The notes under the pieces are model-generated. The model saw only the letters and a program-made list of their open reading frames with translations, was not told where the DNA came from and made no database searches. From assembly GCA_017404265.1 (NCBI GenBank), contig JAFRCS010000006.1, positions 125,502-189,501 on the forward strand: a DNA stretch of 64,000 nucleotides, read 5' to 3'. The position numbers were made by a program, and so were the translations under genes. This document shows positions 55,563 through 64,000 of the stretch, in pieces (position 1 is the stretch's first letter; every line of letters starts with the position of its first letter). The stretch comes from Mogibacterium sp. GTDB taxonomy: Bacteria > Bacillota > Clostridia > Peptostreptococcales > Anaerovoracaceae.

Positions 55563-56816
55563 ATGAATATAACTAAGACATTCAAGAAGGCGGTATTTGA
55601 CATCGCAAAGAAGAACAAGACATTCCGCCGGGTCTTCAGGGGCAGCAGGGATGCAGCTTACCGGGCTAAAATGACGCTTGACGATCCGTTCGGCAAGATC
55701 GATGATAAGCTGGTATACTTCCGGACTTTTTCCGGACGCGGCTACAGCGATTCACCGAAGGCCATGTATGAGTACATGCTGACAGCTCCTGAATACAGGG
55801 ACTACAGGTTCGTCTGGTGCTTCAAGGAGCCCGAGAAGTACGACTTTCTGCTGAAGAACGACCGCACTGAGATCGTGAAGTTCAGGACCATGGCAGACAA
55901 CAAAGCTCTTAGAAGGGCAAAGTACTGGATCACGAATTACCGCATGCTCAATCATCAGTATCCGCGCAAGGGACAGGTCTATCTGCAGTGCTGGCACGGA
56001 ACGCCGCTCAAGAGGCTCGGATATGACATCATCGAGAGCGACAACGCGATGAATTCCCTCAAGGAGATCAAAGAAAAGTACAGGACTGATGCCCGTAAAT
56101 TCTCGTATATCCTTTCACCTTCGCCTTTCGCGACCGAGAAATTCGCGACTGCATGGAACCTGAACGAGACGGGCCAGAGAGGAAAGATCATAGAGAAAGG
56201 ATATCCGCGCAATGACAGGCTAGCCGTCGCGGATGAGGAGGAGCGCACGCGTCTCAGAAAAGAGCTGGGCGTAGAGGACCGGAAGGTCATCCTTTATGCT
56301 CCTACCTGGAGGGACAACCAGCACACGAGCGGCCAGGGCTACACATACAAGACCGAGGTCGATTTTGACAAGCTGCAGAAGGAACTGGGCAGTGAGTACA
56401 TCATTCTCTTCAGAGCGCACTATCTGGTCGCCAACAGCTTTGACTTCGGGCGCTACGAAGGCTTTGTCAAGGACGTGTCGTCATATCCCGACATCAATGA
56501 CCTTTATATCGCGTCAGATATACTTGTCACAGACTACTCGAGCGTGTTCTTCGATTTCTCGATCCTTGAGAGACCTGTCGTTTTCTATATGTATGACCTC
56601 GATCATTACGCGAACGAAATGAGAGGATTCTATCTTTCGATCGAAGAACTTCCGGGACCTATAGTCAAAACCGAGGACGACCTCATTGCCGAGATAAGAA
56701 AAACGGAAGGATGGACAGCGGACGAAAAGTATCTGGAGTTCAAGAAACGCTTCAATCCATACGAAGACGGCAACTCCTCCAAGCGCGTCCTGTCAGAGGT
56801 GATCCGGGAGTCTTAA
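55563..56816 (+). CDS. TagF-like CDP-glycerol glycerophosphotransferase
   Basis: LQCWHGTPLKRLGYD, ILYAPTWRDN, VTDYSSVFFDFSILERPVVFYMYDLDHY. The ATG at 55563 follows GGAGG; the track ORF starts at 55542. Confidence 0.8.
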   Translation: MNITKTFKKAVFDIAKKNKTFRRVFRGSRDAAYRAKMTLDDPFGKIDDKLVYFRTFSGRGYSDSPKAMYEYMLTAPEYRDYRFVWCFKEPEKYDFLLKNDRTEIVKFRTMADNKALRRAKYWITNYRMLNHQYPRKGQVYLQCWHGTPLKRLGYDIIESDNAMNSLKEIKEKYRTDARKFSYILSPSPFATEKFATAWNLNETGQRGKIIEKGYPRNDRLAVADEEERTRLRKELGVEDRKVILYAPTWRDNQHTSGQGYTYKTEVDFDKLQKELGSEYIILFRAHYLVANSFDFGRYEGFVKDVSSYPDINDLYIASDILVTDYSSVFFDFSILERPVVFYMYDLDHYANEMRGFYLSIEELPGPIVKTEDDLIAEIRKTEGWTADEKYLEFKKRFNPYEDGNSSKRVLSEVIRES

Positions 56817-56922
56817 TATATATATAGATTAACAAGCATACAGATTGATTGAATACATCCGCCCCGGCAGATATGATTCCTTATACGATAAATAGTACAA
56901 GGAAAAGTGTCGGGGTATTATT

Positions 56923-58218
56923 ATGGATGTTTTGAGACAAACCAAACGGGCGCTGGCAGTCATTTTGGTGGCAGTGATGGTGCTATCGCTGTCATTCACC
57001 GATGTTCACGCGGCCAGCAGCAAGGTATGGCTGACCAGCTATAACACTCCTACTACTGTCAGTATGGGACACTCTTATAGTATCAAGGGCTGGATCAAAG
57101 CCAGCAAGAAGATCTATTCTGTCGAGATCGGAATAGCCAATGCCGATACTGAGCAATGGGAGTATAAGTACACAAAGTACAAGATCAACAGCAAGTCCTT
57201 CAATATCAAGAAGGCCGATCTGACGCTGAAATTCGGCAACCTGAGCCCCGGAACATATTACTACAGGATCCATGTAAAACTTAAAGGTGAGAAGTACGTA
57301 AATGTTCTGAACAAGAAGTTTACGGTCGTGGACCAGACCGCCAGCACGGTAGATCTTACTGCGGCTGACAACACCGGCATCTCGCTGAGCGGAGCCAATG
57401 CGCCGGACACCTATACTGTAGGTAAGGAGTTCAAACCTAAGGGAACGGTCTCCTCAACCAGCAAGATCAAAAAAGTCGAAGTGGGTATCGTTTTCTCCGC
57501 GACCAACAAGTGGACGGACTATAAGTACACTGCCAATGTGAACACTTACAACTTTGACCTCAGCAAGACCGCATCGACACTGAAGTTCGATAAGATCCCG
57601 GCCGGAGCATACCGTTACAGGATGTATGCTCACACTGAGGACGGAATAAAGATAGTATTCAACAAATCATTCACCGTAAGGGCAAGCAATAAGCCTCAGC
57701 AGGCGGTCAACTGGGCGGTCAATATCGCGAATGACAATTCATTCTCATACGGCAAAAAGCCGGAAACCAGCAGACTTGGATGCTACTTCTGCGGCACCAA
57801 CCAGAAGAGGAAGCCAAAGGGATATGAGAAGACATACGTATGCCTGACATTCCTTGGAGCGGCCTATGCACACGGCGCTAAAGACCCTGAGATCCTCAAG
57901 GCATGCCAGAACTGCAAGATGGTAATGTACTCCAACAATGACAACTTCAGCAAGTTCTCCTGCTGGATGAAGATCGGATCATGCAAGGAACTGGCGATAG
58001 GAGATCTGCTGCCGGGAGACGTCATAGTTGACTGGTCGGCGGGCAACAACAACGGACATGTATGGATGTTCGTCGGAGGGGACAAGTTTGTCGACGCTGA
58101 AGGCATCGCGGATTGCTGGGGAGCGAACTCCATAGCAGTCAGGTCGGGAGCCGCAAGGAAACTCGCGGCCGAGGGCAGAGACAGCAGCCTGAACTACGTA
58201 ATGAGATACATCCACTAA
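56923..58218 (+). CDS. Secreted protein: two Ig-like ~110-aa repeats + C-terminal papain-like (NlpC/P60-like) Cys/His domain
   Basis: Signal peptide. The C-terminal ~170 aa has a candidate catalytic Cys (KTYVCLTF) followed by the PGDVIV...GHVWMFVGG...DAEG order typical of NlpC/P60. It is paralogous to the C-terminus of 61977..63380. Confidence 0.55.
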   Translation: MDVLRQTKRALAVILVAVMVLSLSFTDVHAASSKVWLTSYNTPTTVSMGHSYSIKGWIKASKKIYSVEIGIANADTEQWEYKYTKYKINSKSFNIKKADLTLKFGNLSPGTYYYRIHVKLKGEKYVNVLNKKFTVVDQTASTVDLTAADNTGISLSGANAPDTYTVGKEFKPKGTVSSTSKIKKVEVGIVFSATNKWTDYKYTANVNTYNFDLSKTASTLKFDKIPAGAYRYRMYAHTEDGIKIVFNKSFTVRASNKPQQAVNWAVNIANDNSFSYGKKPETSRLGCYFCGTNQKRKPKGYEKTYVCLTFLGAAYAHGAKDPEILKACQNCKMVMYSNNDNFSKFSCWMKIGSCKELAIGDLLPGDVIVDWSAGNNNGHVWMFVGGDKFVDAEGIADCWGANSIAVRSGAARKLAAEGRDSSLNYVMRYIH

Positions 58219-58234
58219 TAAAGAAGCAATAATA

Positions 58235-58267
58235 AAAGAAGCAGGCGGTCGTTACGCCTGCTTCTTT
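58235..58267. terminator. Bidirectional rho-independent terminator
   Basis: Perfect 13-bp stem aaagaagcaggcg/cgcctgcttcttt with a 7-nt loop. It overlaps the last codons of the minus-strand gene. Confidence 0.65.
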
Positions 58268-59157
58268 ATTGTGATCGACCGAATGCTTTCGGATATAGTC
58301 TTGTCACATTCTTCAAGCGATCCCGGATCATAAAGGATGCCTTCCAGAACGTATACAGACATCCCGTCTTCTTCCTGTACTGCGAAGTAGAATGAAGAAC
58401 TGGTGTATATACTTCCGGAACTCGCTTTTTTCGAATCCTCATTTGATGTGATACGGAATCCGTGAAGGTCTCCCTCCTGCAGAGGCTGGTGTGTGCTGTT
58501 ATCATCCTCTGTGACTTCCCAGTCATCGAACCAGTTATCAACTGTCTTGCCCTCTGCTATTTTGGAGTTTGGTGTGAAAGAGTCTCTGTAAAGCGATATG
58601 TCATAAAGAGGCTCGTTCTCATCACTTCTATATGAAGCTGTCACAGCGCGTGGCACCGAAGGGAAATCCGCATCCTCACTGCCCCATGTATAAGAGATGT
58701 TGTAGGAAACATTGCCTTCTGTCGAAACATCTGCGGAAACATCGTTTACAAAAAGTCTCCCATCTGAGCAGGTGATATGATCCACTTGTGCCGGATCCGT
58801 GTAAACCATATCATCGTTCCTGTTGAGAGATACTGACCGCAGGAATACCGGTATGCATACGACCAGCATCACGAGCTCGATCAGAACGATGATGGCAGCG
58901 GTCTTCCTTGGAAGGTACTTAGGAAGGTTCGGAAGGAGCTTTTTATTTTTCGCCTTTTTCTCAGGGCTCGCTTCCGCAGGGGATCCGGCATCTGCTGACT
59001 CGCCGGGATCTTCCTCAGATGCTTCTTCAGTCCCGCTCTCTTCTTCAGCCTGAGGCTCGACTGGTTCAGGCGCATCCTCCGGCATGACATCTGCTGCCGC
59101 TGCTGCTGACTCTTCTGTCTCTTCAGTTGTCTTTTCTATAGTTTTCTCTTCGTCCAT
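58252..59157 (-). CDS. Single-pass membrane protein with acidic N-terminal tail, function unknown
   Basis: Glu/Pro/Ala-rich first ~75 aa, one TM helix (AAIIVLIELVMLVVCIPVFL), and a ~190-aa extracytoplasmic domain with no recognised motif. Confidence 0.5.
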   Translation of the reverse strand: MDEEKTIEKTTEETEESAAAAADVMPEDAPEPVEPQAEEESGTEEASEEDPGESADAGSPAEASPEKKAKNKKLLPNLPKYLPRKTAAIIVLIELVMLVVCIPVFLRSVSLNRNDDMVYTDPAQVDHITCSDGRLFVNDVSADVSTEGNVSYNISYTWGSEDADFPSVPRAVTASYRSDENEPLYDISLYRDSFTPNSKIAEGKTVDNWFDDWEVTEDDNSTHQPLQEGDLHGFRITSNEDSKKASSGSIYTSSSFYFAVQEEDGMSVYVLEGILYDPGSLEECDKTISESIRSITIKKQA

Positions 59158-59229
59158 ACTTTAAGCTTTCAAATGATTATTCAACGATTTCATATTTTAC
59201 CAAGCAATCAAGCAATTGCACAATACTTA

Positions 59230-59238
59230 TGCTATAAT
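59230..59238 (+). promoter_or_regulatory. Putative extended -10 promoter element for the MBOAT operon
   Basis: TGcTATAAT at 59230..59238, about 45 nt upstream of the start. No good -35 element. Confidence 0.4.
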
Positions 59239-59283
59239 ATTCCTGCACTTTTCACATAAAAGATGCATTTAAGGAGACTGCAG

Positions 59284-60705
59284 TTGTTATTTTCAAGCAA
59301 TATATTTCTATTCGTATTCCTTCCCGGAGTCATTCTGATCTACTACACCATTCTTAAATGGTCGAGGCCTCTTCAGAATATTTTTTTGCTTGCTGCAAGT
59401 CTTTTCTTTTACGCATGGGGCGAGCCGAAATTCGTTCTTGTAATGATGCTGTCCATCATCATCAACTGGGCAGCCGGCATGGTAATATCAGCCTTCGAAA
59501 AACAGGACAACAAAACAGGAGAGAAAGCGGCGCTTTCTGCCGCCATATTCTTCAACCTTCTTATCATTTTCATATTCAAGTATCTTGGCTTCACGGTAAG
59601 CAACATCGATTCGCTGTTCGGAGCAGATATAAAAGTTCCGGATATAGCGCTTCCTATCGGTATTTCATTCTTTACTTTCCAGGCCATTTCTTATGTTGTG
59701 GACGTGTACCGCGGCAAGGCAGGGGTGCAGAAGAACATCCTTTATGTCGGGCTTTACATATCTTTCTTCCCGCAGTTGATCGCCGGACCTATCGTCAGGT
59801 ACGAGACTATTGCAGATCAGATCAACAACCGCAGAGAGACGTGGGAGGGCTTTTGTGACGGAGTCAGTAGATTCATCATCGGATTCTGCAAGAAGATACT
59901 TATTGCGAACAACCTGGCGCTGGTGGCAGACAAGGCTTTCGAGCTTTCGGGACTCGGGGAGCTCTCGACGGGCATGGCCTGGCTGGGCGCCATAGCATAT
60001 ACACTCCAGATATTTTATGACTTCTCCGGGTATTCGGATATGGCCATCGGACTTGGAAAAATGTTTGGTTTCCAGTTCCTTGAAAACTTCAATTATCCGT
60101 ATATATCGAGATCGGCAGCTGAATTCTGGCGCAGATGGCATATGTCTCTCGGCACCTGGTTCAGAGACTATGTCTATATCCCGCTCGGCGGAAGCCGTGT
60201 GAAGACCGGCAGGCACATACTGAACCTGTTCATCGTCTGGCTGTGCACGGGAGTCTGGCATGGAGCAAACTGGACATTCATACTGTGGGGCATGATGTAC
60301 TTTGTGCTTCTGGTGTTTGAGAAGTATTCGAAGTTCAACGATTGGACCGGGACAGCGACCGACAGCATCAAACGCATATATGTGCTGTTCTTCATCATCA
60401 TGGGATGGATACTGTTCAGGGCTGATGATCTGCCTGCCGCTGCCGCTTATTACAAGTGCTGCTTCGGAGTATCAGGAGGACCGCTGACAGACAGCAATTT
60501 CATCGAATACATCCGGCAGTATTCAGTATATCTGGCCGCCGGCATCCTGTTCTCGATGCCTGTGGCAAAATGGGTCAGGGACCACACAAAGAGGACGGTC
60601 GCGGGAGATCTTCTGTATTCGGCATGCCTCGCCGCGCTGTTCATCGCATCGATATCCTTCCTGGTCAAAGGAAGTTATAATCCGTTCATCTATTTTAATT
60701 TTTAG
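59284..60705 (+). CDS. MBOAT-family membrane O-acyltransferase (AlgI/DltB/PatA-like)
   Basis: (M)LFSSNIFLFVFLP N-terminus, FWRRWHMSLGTWFRDYVYIPLGG, and TGVWHGANW (catalytic His). The TTG at 59284 lies 7 nt after AAGGAG. The in-frame ATG at 59263 has no RBS. Confidence 0.85.
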   Translation: MLFSSNIFLFVFLPGVILIYYTILKWSRPLQNIFLLAASLFFYAWGEPKFVLVMMLSIIINWAAGMVISAFEKQDNKTGEKAALSAAIFFNLLIIFIFKYLGFTVSNIDSLFGADIKVPDIALPIGISFFTFQAISYVVDVYRGKAGVQKNILYVGLYISFFPQLIAGPIVRYETIADQINNRRETWEGFCDGVSRFIIGFCKKILIANNLALVADKAFELSGLGELSTGMAWLGAIAYTLQIFYDFSGYSDMAIGLGKMFGFQFLENFNYPYISRSAAEFWRRWHMSLGTWFRDYVYIPLGGSRVKTGRHILNLFIVWLCTGVWHGANWTFILWGMMYFVLLVFEKYSKFNDWTGTATDSIKRIYVLFFIIMGWILFRADDLPAAAAYYKCCFGVSGGPLTDSNFIEYIRQYSVYLAAGILFSMPVAKWVRDHTKRTVAGDLLYSACLAALFIASISFLVKGSYNPFIYFNF

Positions 60706-60713
60706 GAGTTGGT

Positions 60714-61895
60714 ATGGGCAAGACAGGCAAAATGCTGCTGACCATATTCTTCATAGTGACAGTAGTTCTGTTTGGAGGAACGACGCTGCTGCAGGCCCGC
60801 GGCAGCATCCTTGAGGTCGTCAGAAACGACTCCATATCTGAGATCCCGCCGGCGATCGAAGCAGAGCTGACGGACAATTTCAAGAGCCGCAACAACTGGA
60901 TCAATATCAATGGCCTGTTCCAGAGGATGATCGGCGTCACCGTGATACGTGATGCCGGCGACATCGATGTCTTCAAGATGTCGAACGGACAGCTGACATA
61001 TGAGTATCCGGACTGCGACATGACCTACGCAGCGCAAGAAGTCATCAGCCTGGACAGGTTCGTCAAAGAGAAGGGACTCGACTTCATGTATATCCAGCTG
61101 CCATGCAAGGCATACACTGATGAGATCATGCCCCCGGGCACACACACCTACGGATATGCGGATTCAGATGAACTGATCAGCCGGCTGAAAGCTAACGATG
61201 TTGATATTCTGGACCTCAGAGAAGAGATAGAAAAGGAAGGCTTCGATATCCCGCCGCTGTTCTTCAACACCGACCATCACTGGAAGCCTTCGACAGCACT
61301 GTGGGCTTCGAAAGTCATATCCGAAAAATTTGCCGGGACCATTGATGGCTACTATTACGATCCGGATATCTACAACGCGGACAATTATGAGAGGAAGGTA
61401 TATGAGGACTGGTTCCTTGGTTCGCTTGGCAGACGTACGGGAGTGTTCTTTGGCGGCCTGGATGACTTTGAGACACTGATCCCGACTTTTGATACAGACT
61501 TCGATCTTTATACCGAGTCGCAGACCAACGGGTCCCCTAAAGAGAAGTCCGGACCGTTCAGCAAGTCGCTTATGAAGCTGAGCATACTGGATAAGAAAGA
61601 CTATTTCAGCCCAATGACTTACTTCACATACATGGGCACGGAATACCGCCTGAGCGACATCACAAACAACATGGCGGACAATGACAAGAAGATCCTTATT
61701 TTAAGGGATTCCTTCTCATGCGCATTGCTTCCGTATCTCTCTCTGTCAGCCGGAGAGATAACGGCCATAGACATGAGATATCACAGTGAGCTGAAGATCA
61801 AGGAATATATAAACAACAACGATTTTGACGCCGTAGTAGTCGCGTACAATCCAAGCATGTTCAGAGAAGAAGGGGCGTTTGATTTTGACAGATAA
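60714..61895 (+). CDS. DHHW-motif protein (AlgJ/AlgX/DltD-like SGNH partner of MBOAT)
   Basis: N-terminal TM anchor and FFNTDHHWKPSTALWASK (DHHW motif). It lies immediately downstream of the MBOAT gene. Confidence 0.7.
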   Translation: MGKTGKMLLTIFFIVTVVLFGGTTLLQARGSILEVVRNDSISEIPPAIEAELTDNFKSRNNWININGLFQRMIGVTVIRDAGDIDVFKMSNGQLTYEYPDCDMTYAAQEVISLDRFVKEKGLDFMYIQLPCKAYTDEIMPPGTHTYGYADSDELISRLKANDVDILDLREEIEKEGFDIPPLFFNTDHHWKPSTALWASKVISEKFAGTIDGYYYDPDIYNADNYERKVYEDWFLGSLGRRTGVFFGGLDDFETLIPTFDTDFDLYTESQTNGSPKEKSGPFSKSLMKLSILDKKDYFSPMTYFTYMGTEYRLSDITNNMADNDKKILILRDSFSCALLPYLSLSAGEITAIDMRYHSELKIKEYINNNDFDAVVVAYNPSMFREEGAFDFDR

Positions 61896-61906
61896 AAGAT
61901 AATCAG

Positions 61907-61935
61907 TTGTTAAGAACGCCGAGTTGTGTTAAAAT
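61907..61935 (+). promoter_or_regulatory. Putative sigma-A promoter for 61977 gene
   Basis: TTGTTA (61907..61912), 17-nt spacer, TAAAAT (61930..61935), with an extended -10 TGt. Confidence 0.5.
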
Positions 61936-61976
61936 GTACATCTGATAGCAGGCCGTAACCGTAAGAGAAAATACTT

Positions 61977-63380
61977 ATGTGGAGAACTAATAGAACACGG
62001 ATATTGATCATAATAACGTCTGCACTCCTTCTTGTAGGAGCGCAGTTTGCGTATGCGAAAGATTCGACCGGAATGACGGTTTTCAATACAAATCTGATCA
62101 CAACTGACGTGGACGCAACATATATCGAGGGCAAAGTCGATAATGCTGTCGGACAGACGATATCCGTAAAGATCGGCCCAAGAAGCGTAGCTGAAAAGAC
62201 TATGCCTAACACCGGCGGGGAAGCATCGTTCAGGATCAAGATCCCGGGCAAATTCATCAGCAAAAACATCATGACGGTATACACGGTCAAAGAGAAAGAC
62301 CCTGAGACCGGAAAGACACTGGATCGCGAAAGAGTAGAGGTCAACTTCGTTGACAGAGAACAGCAGGAGATCACTCTTGATAAAGAAGATTACGATCTCA
62401 CATTCCCGGGCAATGACAGAGAAATCTCGGCTGAAGCAAGCTCCGGCGATGATCTGATCTACAGCTCCAGCAATCCGGACGTCGCTACTGTCGATGAAGA
62501 CGGCAAGATCACCACGACCGGCGAAGGCGACGCTACTATAACAGTAAAGCAGATCGGAAACGGTCAGTATGATGAAGCTGAAGCGTCATTCAATGTCTCC
62601 GTAGAGGAGATAGATGCTTATACCGTTACATATCACTCCAGCGCAGATAAGGATGAGACAGTAAAACAGGTCATCCCTAACGGCTCCACAGAAAGCCTGC
62701 AGGAGAACGGCTTCGAATACGATGAGCGTGAGTTCCTCGGATGGGCCGCGTCAGATGACGGACTGGTAGAGTACACGGATGCTCAGTCGGTCAGCGACCT
62801 CGGAGAGCCGGGCGACAACATCGATCTGTACGCTGTGTGGACAGGCGACGGCATCAGAGCGGCGGTCGCATGGGCAGTAAAGATAGCCAATGACGATTCG
62901 TTCACATACGGTAAAAAACCTCAGACGAGCAACCTGGGATGCTACTTCTGCGGAACCAACCAGAAGAGAAAGCCTAAGGGATATGAGAAGACGTATGTAT
63001 GTCTCACATTCGTGCATGCAGCATACGCACACGGCGCAGGAGATCCGGTGATGCTGAGAGAATGCCAGAACGCAAGCCATGTGCTCTCGGTAAACAACGA
63101 TAACTTCTCGCACTATTCATGCTGGCAGAAGGTCGGACTTACAAAGAATCTTACGATCGATGATCTTCAGCCGGGCGACGTCATATGCTGGTACTCATCA
63201 TCCGGATACAGCAATGGCCATATGGCGATGTATATAGGAAACAATCAGATCTGCGACGCCGAAGGCATCAAGGACTGCTGGGGACCTGCTTCGATAGCAG
63301 TTCGCGGAAACGCTGCCGGCCAGCTCAGAAGCGCCACAAGGCACAGCTCAAAGAGCTACGTCATGAGATACGTAGGCTAG
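61977..63380 (+). CDS. Secreted protein: Big_2-like Ig domain + Listeria/Bacteroides-type repeat + C-terminal NlpC/P60-like Cys/His domain
   Basis: LIYSSSNPDVATVDEDGKITTTGEGDATITV (Big_2-like); YTVTYH...REFLGWA...LYAVW (Flg_new-like repeat). The C-terminus is paralogous to 56923..58218 (YGKKPQTSNLGCYFCGTNQKRKPKGYEKTYVCLTF...PGDVICW...GHMAMYIG). Confidence 0.6.
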   Translation: MWRTNRTRILIIITSALLLVGAQFAYAKDSTGMTVFNTNLITTDVDATYIEGKVDNAVGQTISVKIGPRSVAEKTMPNTGGEASFRIKIPGKFISKNIMTVYTVKEKDPETGKTLDRERVEVNFVDREQQEITLDKEDYDLTFPGNDREISAEASSGDDLIYSSSNPDVATVDEDGKITTTGEGDATITVKQIGNGQYDEAEASFNVSVEEIDAYTVTYHSSADKDETVKQVIPNGSTESLQENGFEYDEREFLGWAASDDGLVEYTDAQSVSDLGEPGDNIDLYAVWTGDGIRAAVAWAVKIANDDSFTYGKKPQTSNLGCYFCGTNQKRKPKGYEKTYVCLTFVHAAYAHGAGDPVMLRECQNASHVLSVNNDNFSHYSCWQKVGLTKNLTIDDLQPGDVICWYSSSGYSNGHMAMYIGNNQICDAEGIKDCWGPASIAVRGNAAGQLRSATRHSSKSYVMRYVG

Positions 63381-63410
63381 ATAAAGCAGTATATATAAAG
63401 ACAACGATTT

Positions 63411-63440
63411 AAAGGATGATCCAACAAATCATCCTTTTAT
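63411..63440 (+). terminator. Rho-independent terminator
   Basis: Perfect 10-bp stem aaaggatgat/atcatccttt, 7-nt loop, T-rich tail. Confidence 0.6.
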
Positions 63441-63460
63441 TATGGTAAAATTAATTCACT

Positions 63461-64000
63461 ATGAAAAGAATTCTGATACTGGGCGCGGGCAACGCGCAGA
63501 TAGACGCAATTGAATATTGCAAGGCTCACGGATACGAAGTGGTCGGCTGCAGTTATACGACTGTTGACTGCGGTATTCCGCATCTCGATATATTTGAGCA
63601 GGTCGACATCAAGAGTGTAGAAGGAGTGGTGGCTCTGGCGCAGAAGTACGGAGTTTCCGCGATCTATTCGATAGGTTCGGATCTTGCGATGCCTACCGTA
63701 ATGATGGCAAGCACACAGCTCGGACTCCCTCACTTTATTACCGCAGAGACCGCCGAGATCTGTCACTCCAAAGGAAAGATGAGAGAAACTCTGGGAGGCA
63801 GCTTCGAAGGCAACGCGGCATATATGGTCTGCGGCACTCTTGAAGAGGCGCTGCGCTATACGGGCTTTCCGGCAATGATGAAACCGGTAGACTCGCAGGG
63901 ACAGCGCGGATGCTTCAAAGTGGAGTCTCCTGAGGATATAAAAGCGCATTTCGCAGCCTCTCTGGACTATTCCTTCGAAGGAAAGGTCATAATTGAGCAG
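63461..64000 (+). CDS. ATP-grasp family protein, N-terminal fragment (runs off the window)
   Basis: My own translation: MKRILILGAGNAQIDAIEYCKAHGYEVVGCSY...GFPAMMKPVDSQGQRGCFKV... The frame is open to nt 64000. It is absent from the ORF track because no stop is reached. Confidence 0.6.
   Translation, partial: MKRILILGAGNAQIDAIEYCKAHGYEVVGCSYTTVDCGIPHLDIFEQVDIKSVEGVVALAQKYGVSAIYSIGSDLAMPTVMMASTQLGLPHFITAETAEICHSKGKMRETLGGSFEGNAAYMVCGTLEEALRYTGFPAMMKPVDSQGQRGCFKVESPEDIKAHFAASLDYSFEGKVIIEQ

Noticed and set aside
63440-63949. 169-aa minus-strand ORF listed in the track at the window end
   Set aside because: The + strand frame starting at ATG 63461 encodes a clean ATP-grasp N-terminus (MKRILILGAGNAQIDAIEYC...) that is open to the window edge. 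The minus ORF is its shadow.
15087-64000. Whether the accessory region is a phage-defence island or a mobile element
   Set aside because: I recognised no nuclease, helicase, methyltransferase, toxin-antitoxin, integrase, transposase or flanking-repeat signatures. Every gene with a recognisable motif fits envelope-polymer synthesis, export, decoration or binding.

Overview
This window looks like a Firmicutes/Clostridia-type chromosome near the replication origin, probably from an anaerobe because a rubrerythrin is present. Almost all genes are on the + strand.

Layout:
- 1-8.4 kb: origin-proximal housekeeping genes (yidC 3' end, jag/khpB, recF on the opposite strand, gyrB, gyrA).
- 8.4-15 kb: assorted housekeeping and lipoprotein genes (metallophosphoesterase, galE, dtd, plsC, rubrerythrin).
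- About 15 kb to the window end: roughly 49 kb devoted to one cell-envelope glycopolymer super-locus.

Modules of the super-locus:
1. rfbA, followed by a PEP-mutase phosphonate module. It comprises a tri-domain nucleotidyltransferase-cytidylyltransferase-PEP mutase fusion, an Fe-alcohol dehydrogenase, phosphonopyruvate decarboxylase, LicD and a GT2-TagF fusion.
2. A choline module: LicB-like transporter, LicA-like kinase and a wHTH-LicC-LicA fusion. Its promoter carries two identical-geometry inverted-repeat operators.
3. Four paralogous secreted cell-wall/choline-binding-repeat proteins. Two carry a Cys/His-rich repeat I do not recognise. One is interrupted by an in-frame TGA at a conserved Trp.
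4. A roughly 22 kb, 13-gene operon. It holds six proteins with seven TagF-like glycerophosphotransferase domains, TagGH, a GT2, a DegT aminotransferase, an ATP-grasp-HAD fusion and a membrane GDPD. It also holds two tandem ~925-aa proteins that fuse a YidC/Oxa1-like module to an LtaS/sulfatase-like ectodomain.
5. An MBOAT + DHHW acylation pair, flanked by two paralogous NlpC/P60-like secreted proteins.

I found no rRNA, tRNA, CRISPR array, transposase, integrase or recognisable defence genes.

The best candidates for something undescribed are:
- the tandem YidC-LtaS fusions;
- the predicted phosphonate (probably 2-hydroxyethylphosphonate) decoration of a teichoic-acid-like polymer that coexists with a phosphocholine/choline-binding-protein system.

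All functional calls come from motif recognition by eye. No searches were run.
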